NCBI GenBank assembly: GCA_965208675.1
Contig: OZ242351.1
Span: 2,848,001-2,912,000 of the forward strand
Reading direction: 5' to 3'
Origin: Candidatus Poribacteria bacterium
GTDB taxonomy: Bacteria > Poribacteria > WGA-4E > PCPOR2b
Length of the DNA stretch: 64,000 bases
In this document: positions 50,671 to 60,894 of the stretch, piece after piece
How positions within the stretch are numbered: the stretch's first letter is position 1
Layout of the letters: each line of letters starts with the position of its first letter
Translations under genes and position numbers: made by a program
Notes under the pieces: model-generated
The model's input: only the letters and a program-made list of their open reading frames with translations
What the model was told of the DNA's origin: nothing
Databases searched by the model: none

Positions 50671-51051
50671 TCAATCAGCCTCGATACGCGCAGATCCCCA
50701 CTCTTTCCCTTCGGGTTCACCTAATTCAACTTCAACAGCTTTAAGTTGCACATCGAATCTTTTCAATTCTTCAGAAACGTGCTTAAAAAAATACGCGGAC
50801 AACATTTCACAAGTTGGACACGCCATCTGTTCTTCGGTCAAAGCTAGATTTTCATTCAGATAGGTGTTAGCAACGTTTTGGACAAGCGGATCGGCAATTT
50901 CGCGTAGCTTCAGGATGTCGATGACCATTCCATTTTTCGGTATCCCTTTCACAAATAGCTTCAGCGTCCAGTGATGCGTGTGCGGCGTCTCACGCACCGA
51001 CAAACTGTGGCTCGCATAGAATTCAAACGGAACGATGACAGTGGTGTACAA
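50671..51051 (-). CDS. 6-pyruvoyl-tetrahydropterin synthase (QueD/PTPS) family, PTPS-III-like
   Basis: AAGGAG RBS + TTG; F.ASH.L, ETPHTH, GMVID, YLNE, PTCEML, VELGE. Confidence 0.8.
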   Translation of the reverse strand: MYTTVIVPFEFYASHSLSVRETPHTHHWTLKLFVKGIPKNGMVIDILKLREIADPLVQNVANTYLNENLALTEEQMACPTCEMLSAYFFKHVSEELKRFDVQLKAVEVELGEPEGKEWGSARIEAD

Positions 51052-51091
51052 TGCTCTTCTCCTTTCACACATTTAAATTTGGACAGGGATT

Positions 51092-51120
51092 ATAATAAGA
51101 AATCTGATAACTCCTGTCAA
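51092..51120 (-). promoter_or_regulatory. Sigma70 promoter of the PTPS gene
   Basis: Minus strand TTGACA-N17-TATTAT. Confidence 0.65.
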
Positions 51121-51295
51121 GCGGTAACACCAATTCCCGTTTTCGCGCCGTAAAGTAGCAGGCACACTCCGTATTCCGTAGCCGTAACAGAAATTCGCCG
51201 TATGCCTTAACCAGCGTCACCATGGCTCCAATCGTGTTTCAAATAAACCCGACCACAATTCTACCTTGTAATCAAATTTAAGAAGGATTCGCCGA

Positions 51296-52489
51296 ATGCC
51301 AAAACGTAAAAAAATCGCAGCAATTATTACGGAATATCGGCCGTTGTCCCACGCCGACGTGATCGTAACAAAATTCATGAAAGGTTTCCCGACCGATGGC
51401 GGATTAATTCAACCTAGCGTCGACATCGTGTCTATGTATGTCGATCAATTTGCCCAAAACGACTTGAGCCGAAAACTCGCCGCCGAACACGGTGTAGAAA
51501 TCTATCCAAGCATTGTAAAAGCCTTGACACTTGGCGGAGAGCAGTTGGCTGTCGACGGAGTCCTCTTGATCGCGGAACACGGCGACTATGCATGGAATGA
51601 AAAAGATCAAAACCTCTACCCGCGGAAATACTTTATGGAGCAGATCTGCGGCGTCTTTGCGAAAAGCGGTAACGCCGTCCCAGTTTTCTGCGATAAACAC
51701 CTCTCCTACAACTGGCACGACGCCAAGTGGATGGTCGACCGCGCAGCGCAACTGGGGTCGCCCTTCATGGCGGGTTCTTCCCTGCCGCTAGCCTATCGAA
51801 ACCCGTGGCTGGAACACGAGTTGGACGCCCCGATTCAGGAGGCAATCGCAATTGGTTATGCCGGGCTGGATGTCTACGGTTTTCACACGCTGGAAACGCT
51901 GCAATGTATGCTTGAGCGCCGCCTCGGCGGCGAAACGGGGGTTGCAGCCGTGACGTGTTTAGAAGGCGTTGCCGTGTGGAATACCGCTACCATTGGATTG
52001 TGGTCGTACAAACTGGCATCGGCCGCCTGTGACGCTATTGAGAACAAACCCGCGGGGTCAATGGAGGAACATTGCCCACATCCGGCACTGTTTCTCATCG
52101 AATACCGCGATGGAACACGAGGCGCGATTTTGATGTTGAATGGCTATGTTTCTGATTTCGCATATGCCTGTCGTGTTAACAACGAAATCCATAGTACAGA
52201 ATTCCATTTATTGAACAGTCCTCCGCACCCCCATTTTAGTTACCTTAGCTTGAACATCGAAGAGATGTTTGTCACCGGTGAGCCGTCTTATCCCGTCGAG
52301 CGAACCCTGCTGACGACAGGTGTGCTTGAAACAGCCTTGGACTCGCGCTATCGCGGTTATGCGCGTCTTGAAACGCCTCATCTAGACGTTGCATATCGCG
52401 CACACGATTCAATTCCGTGGAGGCCAACAGGCAGCCAACCGGTTGGCGCGTCGCTTGAACCGTTGCCATCGTCAGAGTATGACGGATAA
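51296..52489 (+). CDS. Conserved hypothetical protein (Gfo/Idh/MocA-like fold suspected)
   Basis: Long ORF; SHADVI, AVDGVLLIAEHGDY, PVFCDKHLS, MAGSSLP, YGFHTLE, YPVERTLL. Confidence 0.8.
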   Translation: MPKRKKIAAIITEYRPLSHADVIVTKFMKGFPTDGGLIQPSVDIVSMYVDQFAQNDLSRKLAAEHGVEIYPSIVKALTLGGEQLAVDGVLLIAEHGDYAWNEKDQNLYPRKYFMEQICGVFAKSGNAVPVFCDKHLSYNWHDAKWMVDRAAQLGSPFMAGSSLPLAYRNPWLEHELDAPIQEAIAIGYAGLDVYGFHTLETLQCMLERRLGGETGVAAVTCLEGVAVWNTATIGLWSYKLASAACDAIENKPAGSMEEHCPHPALFLIEYRDGTRGAILMLNGYVSDFAYACRVNNEIHSTEFHLLNSPPHPHFSYLSLNIEEMFVTGEPSYPVERTLLTTGVLETALDSRYRGYARLETPHLDVAYRAHDSIPWRPTGSQPVGASLEPLPSSEYDG

Positions 52490-52508
52490 CACACAAACGT
52501 CGAATGCG

Positions 52509-53042
52509 TCACGTATTTTCCTTTCCATTTCCCTTGTCTAATTCTGAAAACAGATCGCTGTACGATTCGGCAATCAAATCCTCCTTCAAGATTCCGAGCA
52601 AATCTTTTACAAGGTGATGCTCCGTCCACGCCTCCCGTGCCGTCTGATTGCGGATAACCGTCTCCAATTCGACGAACTCACCGAGATTGGCCACCCGATC
52701 TAGGTGAATCCGCGTGTCGCCGTACAGCCACAATTCGCGCCGCTTCTCGACAGTAACCTTCACACCAAGAACTGTTGACATAATCTCCTTGAAAGCGGCT
52801 GGGGTGGGAATATCCCAAATCTGGTAGGTGCTAAAGCGCGATTCCGCGGCGTTTGGGCGTTCGTAGTAGACGAGGTATGCGTAACCGCCATCTAACTCCC
52901 GGAGTTTTACCTTGCCCTTGGACGCGTTGAAATAGGTGTCAATCTGCTCCACGGTCTCGCGGTACTCCGCTTTGATATTAACAAGCTGCTGCCGCACCGA
53001 TTCCAGCGAACTGCATTTGGCTTTAAGCTCTATATTTTTCAT
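52509..53042 (-). CDS. CYTH-domain / class IV adenylate cyclase-like protein
   Basis: NIELKA, QIDTYF, KLRE, VEKRRE, IHLDRV..LGEFVELE, SYSDL. Confidence 0.92.
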   Translation of the reverse strand: MKNIELKAKCSSLESVRQQLVNIKAEYRETVEQIDTYFNASKGKVKLRELDGGYAYLVYYERPNAAESRFSTYQIWDIPTPAAFKEIMSTVLGVKVTVEKRRELWLYGDTRIHLDRVANLGEFVELETVIRNQTAREAWTEHHLVKDLLGILKEDLIAESYSDLFSELDKGNGKENT

Positions 53043-53160
53043 TGAACAAATGGCATGTTTATCTGTATAATTTGTGCTAGTATCTAGCGCGAGTCTATTC
53101 TGCGGTACTTGGAACATCTCGGCATAGCTTCTGGCTGAATTTAACTTTCTGATGAAAAAT

Positions 53161-53188
53161 TGAAACTTGGGCTATGAACTGGTGTATA
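53161..53188 (+). promoter_or_regulatory. Putative autoregulatory ECF-sigma promoter
   Basis: TGAAAC-N16-TGTATA, near SigW-type TGAAAC-N16-CGTA, directly upstream of an ECF sigma. Confidence 0.4.
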
Positions 53189-53213
53189 CATACAATAATC
53201 ACCGGTGGGGGCA

Positions 53214-53837
53214 ATGATAATGTCAGATTTGGACGATGAATTGATGCAACGGTGCCAACAAGGAGACATGGAAGCCTTCGATCTCATTGTGCGCCGAAAC
53301 CGAGCGCCTCTCGTCAATTTCATCGGACGATTCTTGGGCGACCAAAACTCGGCTGAGGATTTGGCGCAAGAGACCTTCATACGTATGTTCAAAGCCGCTA
53401 ACCGCTACAGAACCGGGGCGGCAAAGTTCAGTACGTGGATGTACCATATTGCAGCTAATCTTTGCAAAAATGAGCTCCGCAACCGCGGACGGCGCGGCAA
53501 TTTCTTCATTGATAACTTTAACTCTGAGGAACAACTCGGACAAGATAACAGCGTCGGCGAAGATTTAATTGCAACCGCCCCGGCTCACGCCTCCTTGCAA
53601 CCCGAAAACCAACTAGTACAGAAGGAACGGCAACAAGCGGTACAAAATGCAATCTCCAAGCTGCCGGAACGCTATAGATTACCATTGATACTCCGCGATC
53701 TGCAAGACCGATGTTATGAAGAGATTAGCAAAATTTTGAACTTGCCGCTTGGAACCACGAAATCTCGTATCAATCGAGCACGACTAATGCTAAGAGACAA
53801 ATTAAAAGACTTTGTGGAGGAACCATGGACTGCGTAA
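53214..53837 (+). CDS. ECF RNA polymerase sigma factor (RpoE/SigW-like)
   Basis: AEDLAQETF, FSTWMYHIAAN, YEEISKIL..PLGTTKSRINRAR. Confidence 0.95.
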   Translation: MIMSDLDDELMQRCQQGDMEAFDLIVRRNRAPLVNFIGRFLGDQNSAEDLAQETFIRMFKAANRYRTGAAKFSTWMYHIAANLCKNELRNRGRRGNFFIDNFNSEEQLGQDNSVGEDLIATAPAHASLQPENQLVQKERQQAVQNAISKLPERYRLPLILRDLQDRCYEEISKILNLPLGTTKSRINRARLMLRDKLKDFVEEPWTA

Positions 53838-54451
53838 GCGTGGAAGAACAATTCTCCGCCTACCTTGAAGACGAACTTGATTATCAAACAACGAAGGTAT
53901 TTGAGTCGCACCTTGCAAACTGCGGTTCGTGTCAAAACGGATTTACGTTATTCCGCGAATCGGTTAATTTATTGCATCAGATGCCGTCAATCGAACCATC
54001 GCCAAACTTCGATTCGGATTTGCAATCTCGCCTCGCTAATGCGCAAATGGATTCGATTCCTTGGTGGCGTCGTACACTTGCGGCTATACGTTCGCAATCA
54101 GTGTGGGCGTTTAGCGGTGTCGCTTTGGGGATTGGAGTATGCGCCATAGCAGGCATTTATCTTTACCAAAACGCATACGTCGGAAACGAAACTATTTCAG
54201 TCGTAAGCACCGAGAATACACCTAATGTCAGACGTTACGACGTGTTGCCGCCGCCAAGAATTCGTGTTGATGATTCATGGCTAGGCAGAACATCACCTTT
54301 AGTTCCTGATTTTGAAAGGCAACGCCTCGTTGAGTTTCCTGCATTTGAGGGGCCAGTTTTTCCCAAAGCAATTCAACCGCAGCGTGTCGAGCGAAATTAC
54401 ATCTTGCAGACGGTCACCTACACAGACGCCCCGACAAGGGGAGGATGGTAG
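53825..54451 (+). CDS. Zinc-finger (zf-HC2) anti-sigma factor
   Basis: C.....SAYLEDEL...HLANCGSC; single TM; overlaps sigma stop. Confidence 0.9.
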   Translation: MDCVSVEEQFSAYLEDELDYQTTKVFESHLANCGSCQNGFTLFRESVNLLHQMPSIEPSPNFDSDLQSRLANAQMDSIPWWRRTLAAIRSQSVWAFSGVALGIGVCAIAGIYLYQNAYVGNETISVVSTENTPNVRRYDVLPPPRIRVDDSWLGRTSPLVPDFERQRLVEFPAFEGPVFPKAIQPQRVERNYILQTVTYTDAPTRGGW

Positions 54452-54480
54452 GTTAATGAATGGGCACAGGACAGCATAAA

Positions 54481-55605
54481 ATGAAGCACAAATCATTGTC
54501 AATTCCTTCCAGCATTGTTCTATTCGCGATGGTGGCTTCCTTCGCGTTCGCGGAAAAGAATGTCCTGAAATCAATGGAACGCGAGTTTCAAGCAATTGTT
54601 CAGTCTGTGAAGCCCGCTGTGGTTGAGGTAGTTGCATCATTCACAGTACCTGAACAGCAAGCGGACGCTGGATTTTCTCCTTTGGATACCGACGTATCGC
54701 GCCCCTTCGCCGAGGATAGTCAGAAGACGGTTCATTTTCAAAATATCGGATCGGGTACACTTATTGATTCAGAGGGCTATATTGTGACGACCCGCGCTGT
54801 TGTTGACGGCGCCGATGAAATCGAGGTCGTATTCGGCAACGGACAGCGCAGTTCCGCTGAACTCGCAGGCATCGATCGCTTGACGGATATTGCCGTGCTG
54901 GCATTGAAGGAAGATTTTTCATTACAAACAAAAATTGGGGATTCAGATCAGGTTCACACAGGAGCTTGGGTGATTACCGTTGGCAGTTCCTTTGGACACG
55001 CGCCAACACTTTCTTTTGGTATTGTTAGCGGTTCAGAAACATTACCGAATCTGCCCTATGACGCCATCAAAGTGAATGTCGCAGTGAATCCCGGAAATAG
55101 TGGCGGGGCAGTCGTTAATACTTCTGGAGAGATTATTGGTATAATTACTGCAGCGCTGGCTGAACCTTATTTCACATCACTGCCTAATACCCCGTCAAGC
55201 CCCAAGTTGCCCGGAGATCATCATGCCGTGTCGCGCGTCCGACCCTCCGAAGGAAACGTCTGGCTGGACAGCGAAATTGGTTTCGCCATTCCGATTAAGA
55301 CCGTTAAAACCGTTGCAGAACAACTTATCCGAGATGGAAAGGTACGCCGCGGGTGGCTGGGAGTCGAAATTCTTCAGGACGACTTAGGTGTCCGAATCAA
55401 TAAAGTATTGGAAGATACGCCAGCGCAAAACGCCGGCCTCGTCGCTCAGGACGTCATTACTGAATTCAATGGCGCACCCATTCATACACGTTGGGAATTA
55501 CAAAAACTTGTTGCAAACTCCAACCCCAATACGCCGGTTACGATTAAAATTCGAAGGGACAAAAAAACACTTAAACGCCGTGTTATACTCGGTGAAAGAG
55601 AATAA
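54481..55605 (+). CDS. HtrA/DegP-like trypsin + single PDZ protein (catalytic His replaced)
   Basis: Signal peptide; GSG, VTTRAVV, DIAVL, NPGNSGGA, GFAIP, RGWLGV PDZ. Confidence 0.9.
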   Translation: MKHKSLSIPSSIVLFAMVASFAFAEKNVLKSMEREFQAIVQSVKPAVVEVVASFTVPEQQADAGFSPLDTDVSRPFAEDSQKTVHFQNIGSGTLIDSEGYIVTTRAVVDGADEIEVVFGNGQRSSAELAGIDRLTDIAVLALKEDFSLQTKIGDSDQVHTGAWVITVGSSFGHAPTLSFGIVSGSETLPNLPYDAIKVNVAVNPGNSGGAVVNTSGEIIGIITAALAEPYFTSLPNTPSSPKLPGDHHAVSRVRPSEGNVWLDSEIGFAIPIKTVKTVAEQLIRDGKVRRGWLGVEILQDDLGVRINKVLEDTPAQNAGLVAQDVITEFNGAPIHTRWELQKLVANSNPNTPVTIKIRRDKKTLKRRVILGERE

Positions 55606-55762
55606 CCTCCCCTTTTTTCAATTCCATTCAGCGGTTTTTCCCTTCCGTTATCTCCATAATTCGCCGATTTATCCTCACCCCCTTGTTTCCTACGCTTCTT
55701 GGTTCTACCCGCATTCCGTACACCACATGAAGTTAAGGACCAATGGTGCTAGTTTCCCAACC

Positions 55763-55962
55763 GCGCTTTGTCATTTAGGTGAAGCCGTGCGTTACCGTAA
55801 GGGCGGTGTCCGCCCGCCCCTTTACCAACCGCGGACAGGGTACGTCTAACTATTCAGATTTGATAGCTGCCTTTTCTCTGTGGGCGCGTCCTCCCGGACG
55901 CGACATGCCCGAACATCAATGCAAGCCAGTTCAACAAAAAAATCATCCCAATACCTCAACAC
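55763..55962. repeat. ~200-bp dispersed repeat, copy 1 (copy 2 at 61679-61874)
   Basis: Colinear blocks gcgctttg.cattt, cgta.gggcgg, aaccgcgg.caggg, cagatttgata, tctctgtggg.gcg.cctcccggacgcga, tcaatgcaagcca.ttcaacaaaaaa. Confidence 0.88.
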
Positions 55963-56121
55963 TCCCAAAATTCGACACATGGTATAGCTATTTCCGCACT
56001 CGCCTTCAAACCTGTGATTAAGCCCGTCTAGTAGCGCTAGTCAGTCGCCGAGGAAGAAAAAAACTTTACAATTACCCGCATCAAGTGTATACTTATACCT
56101 TCGCGAAGGAGGGGGGCATGG

Positions 56122-56640
56122 GTGCCAAACATTGTCTTGGTCGGCTTTATGGGAACGGGGAAAACGTCGGTAGGGCGGAGGATTTCCAAGCAATTAAAGA
56201 TGCCGTTAATTGATACAGACAGCGTTATCGAACAAGACAGCGGCATGGTCATCTCGGACATCTTCGCGAGGCATAACGAATCCTACTTCCGCGATTTGGA
56301 GAGCGCGGCTGCTTGCAAGGTATCCGGGTTGGACAACCATGTAATCGCAACGGGCGGGGGCATTGTTCTTCGGGAATCTAATCTGAAATTGCTAAAGCAA
56401 AATGGGATTGTCTTTTGTCTAACGGCGCCTCCGGAGACAATCTGGAGGCGGGTGCGGCGCTCAACCCACCGTCCGTTGATTCAGACCTCCCAGTCGATGG
56501 ACGAAATCCGGCGAATGCTTGCTGTTCGCGCCCCGTACTACGCTCGTGCCGACTACGATATCCAAACGTCCGGTTTATCAGTTTACCAAGTTGCAAATAG
56601 AATCGTAGAGATATTCCAGCATGCCGACCATCCACGTTGA
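56122..56640 (+). CDS. aroK: Shikimate kinase
   Basis: GFMGTGKT, FRDLE, ATGGG, RPL, R.PYY. Confidence 0.95.
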   Translation: MPNIVLVGFMGTGKTSVGRRISKQLKMPLIDTDSVIEQDSGMVISDIFARHNESYFRDLESAAACKVSGLDNHVIATGGGIVLRESNLKLLKQNGIVFCLTAPPETIWRRVRRSTHRPLIQTSQSMDEIRRMLAVRAPYYARADYDIQTSGLSVYQVANRIVEIFQHADHPR

Positions 56641-57706
56641 GCTTGATGAGAATAGCTATCCAATCTTTATTGAACACGGGCATCTCGGTCAGATAGGAGA
56701 ACTGCTTAAACCCAAGGCGAAATCACCAAAGGCGATCGTTGTTGCGGATGCTGTTGTAAGCAAACACTACAGCGAAACGGTTTCCCAGAGTCTGTCAAAC
56801 GCTGGTTTTGACTATCAGATTGTTGAAGTCCCATCCGGCGAGGAATACAAATCCTTAACGGAATTTGCCAGGCTGCACAGTGAGTTGATTAGTCACCGCA
56901 TGAATCGCGCTTCTACGTTGCTCGCGGTCGGCGGAGGCGCGGTCGGCGATCTCGCGGGTTTCGTCGCCGCGACGTATATGCGCGGCATCGCATGGGTACA
57001 GGTGCCGACGACGTTGCTAGCCCACGTGGATGCGAGTGTCGGTGGTAAAACGGCAGTAAATCACCCGAAGGGCAAAAATCTTATTGGCGCCTTTCATCAA
57101 CCCAAATTCGTCCTCATTGATGTAAAGACGCTGGAGACATTGCCGGCACGTGAAATCCGATCCGGACTTGTTGAGATCATTAAGTACGGAATGATTATGG
57201 ACACGCCGCTATTTGATCAGATTGAGGACAACCTGGATGCTATTCTTGATTTAAATGAATCCATCCTTATTGACATAATCGCTCGCTCTTGTAAGGTTAA
57301 GGCTTACGTTGTGGAAAAGGATGAGAAAGAGAGCGGACTGAGAGAAATTCTGAACTACGGACACACTTTTGGCCATGCACTTGAAGCATTGACGGATTAC
57401 GATACCTACCGCCACGGTGAAGCCATAGCAATTGGCATGAACTGCGCCGCCCGGCTCGCGGTGAATTTAGGTATATTGGACTCAACGGATTGGGAGCGCC
57501 AGAGTAATCTCTTGCAGCGTGCAGGGTTGCCGGTGAAATTTGAATCGGGAATTGACCCTGGCAAATTTCTTGAAAAGATGTACCTTGATAAGAAAGCGAA
57601 GGGCGGGAATCTGCGGCTCATCCTGCCAACGCGAATAGGCGAAGTGATCGTACGCGGCGATATTGATGACGCCGCAATCAGCACCGCAATTTCGCAATGT
57701 ACCTGA
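56621..57706 (+). CDS. aroB: 3-dehydroquinate synthase
   Basis: GGGAVGDLAGF, VPTTLLAHVDASVGGKT, KNLIGAFHQP, LNYGHTFGHA, HGEA. Confidence 0.97.
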   Translation: MPTIHVELDENSYPIFIEHGHLGQIGELLKPKAKSPKAIVVADAVVSKHYSETVSQSLSNAGFDYQIVEVPSGEEYKSLTEFARLHSELISHRMNRASTLLAVGGGAVGDLAGFVAATYMRGIAWVQVPTTLLAHVDASVGGKTAVNHPKGKNLIGAFHQPKFVLIDVKTLETLPAREIRSGLVEIIKYGMIMDTPLFDQIEDNLDAILDLNESILIDIIARSCKVKAYVVEKDEKESGLREILNYGHTFGHALEALTDYDTYRHGEAIAIGMNCAARLAVNLGILDSTDWERQSNLLQRAGLPVKFESGIDPGKFLEKMYLDKKAKGGNLRLILPTRIGEVIVRGDIDDAAISTAISQCT

Positions 57707-57867
57707 GAATCATCATTCCTGAGGCGCCGAACAATAGTAGAATCCAAGGACATGATAACAAACGGCGCTATTCCGTTAAACACGCCAGCACCAGGCAAAA
57801 GAACCCCGCGGAAAAGGCGAGAACAATGAATTGCCACCGCTAGAATAGGATTAAACGGAGTAACAGC

Positions 57868-58317
57868 ATGAAGGTTCTACTAATTCACGGACCAAATCTT
57901 CATCTCCTTGGTAGACGCCAGCCCGAGGTTTACGGCACTCAAACTTTGACGGACATCAACACGCACCTGCTCGAAATTGCCTCGCAGCGGAATGTTGAAC
58001 TCAAAATCTTTCAATCAAACCACGAAGGCGAGATTGTCTCCGTCATCGGGGACAATATTGATTGGGCGGACGGGGTCCTAATTAATCCTGCAAGCTACAC
58101 GCACACAAGCGTCGCCATCCGGGACGCATTGTCGGCTGTTAACCTCCCTGTAATTGAAATTCATCTTTCCAATATCTACGCTCGCGAGCCGTTCCGCCAC
58201 CGTTCTTACATAAACCCCGTCGCTGTCGGTGTGATTGGCGGTTTTGGCGCCTATAGTTACGTTCTTGCGCTGGATGCCATTATCCACATCTTGCAGGAAT
58301 CGCAACACGTTCACTGA
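57868..58317 (+). CDS. aroQ: Type II 3-dehydroquinate dehydratase
   Basis: HGPNL.LLG.R.PEVYG, QSNHEG, NPASYTHTS, EIHLSN.YARE.FR. Confidence 0.97.
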   Translation: MKVLLIHGPNLHLLGRRQPEVYGTQTLTDINTHLLEIASQRNVELKIFQSNHEGEIVSVIGDNIDWADGVLINPASYTHTSVAIRDALSAVNLPVIEIHLSNIYAREPFRHRSYINPVAVGVIGGFGAYSYVLALDAIIHILQESQHVH

Positions 58318-58405
58318 TTAGGAATGAATTGGGAAAAATCGATTTAGCCCAAAGCGAGTTTAGAAAAGAAACGCTCAGATTCTTCATTCGAACGAAGGGG
58401 TAATT

Positions 58406-58963
58406 ATGGCAGCACTCAATGACTTACGAAACGGCCTCGTTATTAGGCTGGATAATATCATCTACACTATCGTGGATTGCCAACACGTAAAGCCGGGAAA
58501 GGGCAACGCATTCGCTCGGACCAAGCTCAAACGGATTGCCGATGGTGCGGTCATCGATCGGACCTTTCGCGCAAGCGATTCGGTCGAAACCGTCCGCCTC
58601 GAAGAGCGCGAAATGCAATATATGTACAGAGATGGTAATCTACTGTATTTTATGGATAACGAAACTTTCGATCAATACTCATTGTCGGAAGATTTTGTTG
58701 GAGATGGAATAAAATTTCTCAAAGAAGGCGAAACCGTCAAAATCAAAATTGATGGGAACACACCGATGACCGTCGAATTGCCAACTTTTGTTGAACTAGC
58801 CATCGTTGAAACCGACCCGGGTTTGCGCGGTGACACGGCTAGCGGTGGATCAAAACCCGCAAAGCTGGAAACCGACGGGGTTGTTCAGGTACCATTGTTT
58901 GTTAAAGAGGGGACAACAATCAAAGTTGATACTCGCACGGGAACATATGTAGAAAGGGTTTAA
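58406..58963 (+). CDS. efp: Elongation factor P
   Basis: HVKPGKG.AF, PGLRGDT, VPLFV, VDTRTG.YVER. Confidence 0.97.
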   Translation: MAALNDLRNGLVIRLDNIIYTIVDCQHVKPGKGNAFARTKLKRIADGAVIDRTFRASDSVETVRLEEREMQYMYRDGNLLYFMDNETFDQYSLSEDFVGDGIKFLKEGETVKIKIDGNTPMTVELPTFVELAIVETDPGLRGDTASGGSKPAKLETDGVVQVPLFVKEGTTIKVDTRTGTYVERV

Positions 58964-58966
58964 TTC

Positions 58967-59446
58967 ATGCCTGAAGATAAATCGACAACGGCCATAGAAT
59001 TGCTTGAGCAGATCTGCGATTTAATGGAAAGTCGGGATTTGGCAGAAGTGTACCTGCACGAAGGGGATATTACCCTTAAAATCCGACGGGGAGGTGAGCC
59101 GGTCGGGTCTGCCTTGCCCGTTCCAACTCGTGATGCCGCGTCGCTGTCGTCAACCGCGCAAATTGAATCCCCCGATACGACGTCCGCGGAAGCACCTGAT
59201 GATGCAGGTGAAACCATTAAAGCACCAATGCCCGGCATGTTTTATCGTGCCTCTTCTCCGGAAGAACCAGCATTTGTTGAAACTGGCGCAGTCGTATCTG
59301 AAGAAGACACCGTGTGTCTGATTGAAGCCATGAAAATTTTCAATGAAGTCAAAGCGGAATTCCCGTGTGAAATTGTTGAAATCCTTGTTGAAAACGGCGC
59401 ACCTGTTGAATTCGATCAGCCGTTGTTCCGTATTGAAAAAAGATAA
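58967..59446 (+). CDS. accB: Biotin carboxyl carrier protein
   Basis: [25 protein letters not shown]. Confidence 0.95.
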   Translation: MPEDKSTTAIELLEQICDLMESRDLAEVYLHEGDITLKIRRGGEPVGSALPVPTRDAASLSSTAQIESPDTTSAEAPDDAGETIKAPMPGMFYRASSPEEPAFVETGAVVSEEDTVCLIEAMKIFNEVKAEFPCEIVEILVENGAPVEFDQPLFRIEKR

Positions 59447-59457
59447 AATTCAAAATC

Positions 59458-60831
59458 ATGTTTAAAAAAATCTTAATCGCAAACCGCGGCGAAATTGCCG
59501 TCCGCATCATTCGCGCTTGTCGAGACATGGGCATTAAAACCGTTGCCGTACATTCAGTAGCCGACCGGGACGGTCTAAATGTAAAGCTCGCCGACGAGTC
59601 CGCTTGCATCGGTCCGCCCGCACCGGCGGAGAGCTATCTCAAGCACGCAAACATCATTACGGTAGCGGAATTAACCAATGCAGATGCCATACACCCCGGC
59701 GCCGGGTTTTTGGCAGAGGATGCGGAGTTCGCCGAAATCTGCGCCGCCCACAAGATTACCTTCATTGGCCCATCAGTCGAAAATTTGAGAACAATGGGCG
59801 ACAAAGCAGAAGCGCGAGAAACCATGGCGAAAGCCGGGTTACGATTGGTGCCGGGCAGTCGGAGTAGTCGTCACGGACTGCGGAGAAGCTTAAAAAAGGG
59901 AGTGGTTGAAAGCGCAGAGGAAGCCGTCCGACTCGCAGATAAGATCGGCTACCCCGTCGGCGTTAAAGCTGTCGCGGGCGGAGGCGGGCGCGGCATCAGG
60001 ATTGCCCACAACAGTATGAGTCTCTTGAACCTCTTCCACACCGCAAAAACTGAGGCGAAGGCGTCGTTCGGCAATGCAGAGGTATACATTGAAAAGTGGA
60101 TCCAAAACGCTCGGCACATTGAAATTCAAATCCTGGCTGACAACCACGGAAACGTCATCCACCTTGGTGAACGCGCCTGCTCGATTCAGCGCAAACGCCA
60201 GAAACTGCTCGAAGAAGCGCCTGCGCCTTCACTTAACCCGAAGATTCGCAGCGAGATTGGAAGGGCAGCCGTTAAAGCAGCAAAGTCAATCGGCTATTCA
60301 AACGCAGGAACAATCGAGTTTGTCGTCGATGCAGAAGACAACTTCTATTTCCTTGAGATGAATACGCGGATACAGGTTGAACACACGGTAACGGAAATGA
60401 TTACCGGAATAGATCTGGTAAAGGATCAGATTCGTTTGGCTATGGGAGAAGAACTCGATTACAACCAAGCGGATATTAAAATGAACGGACATGCAATTGA
60501 GTGCCGAATCAACGCTGAAGACCCCGAAAATGATTTCCGTCCTTCTCCGGGCTTAGTTGAAGCATATATGCCCCCGGGCGGAATCGGCATACGCGTGGAT
60601 GGCTACATTTATCCCGGCTATGTTAAATCACCTTACTACGATTCGTTGGTTGCTAAACTCATTGTGCATGGGGGTGACAGAGACGAAGCAATTGCAAGGA
60701 CGAAGCGGGCTTTGGGAGAGTTTGATATTGAAGGAATCAAGACTACCTTGCCGCTGCATGCCAAAATCCTAAATGATGAGCGTTTTTTAAATGGTAATGT
60801 CTACACGAACTTTTTAGAATCGAATTCGTAA
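59458..60831 (+). CDS. accC: Biotin carboxylase
   Basis: [38 protein letters not shown]. Confidence 0.97.
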   Translation: MFKKILIANRGEIAVRIIRACRDMGIKTVAVHSVADRDGLNVKLADESACIGPPAPAESYLKHANIITVAELTNADAIHPGAGFLAEDAEFAEICAAHKITFIGPSVENLRTMGDKAEARETMAKAGLRLVPGSRSSRHGLRRSLKKGVVESAEEAVRLADKIGYPVGVKAVAGGGGRGIRIAHNSMSLLNLFHTAKTEAKASFGNAEVYIEKWIQNARHIEIQILADNHGNVIHLGERACSIQRKRQKLLEEAPAPSLNPKIRSEIGRAAVKAAKSIGYSNAGTIEFVVDAEDNFYFLEMNTRIQVEHTVTEMITGIDLVKDQIRLAMGEELDYNQADIKMNGHAIECRINAEDPENDFRPSPGLVEAYMPPGGIGIRVDGYIYPGYVKSPYYDSLVAKLIVHGGDRDEAIARTKRALGEFDIEGIKTTLPLHAKILNDERFLNGNVYTNFLESNS

Positions 60832-60894
60832 CATCTGTAACGAATTGCTCGTAGACGAACAAATGCGTTTCACTGTCCATGTCCCAGTCCGAGA

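Noticed and set aside
51052-51120. preQ1 riboswitch before the QueD-like gene
   Set aside because: The leader after the promoter is too short and lacks the consensus.
55388-56021. 153-aa and 80-aa ORFs in the htrA-aroK gap (and 61766-62185)
   Set aside because: They overlap genuine genes or the dispersed repeat; composition is not protein-like.
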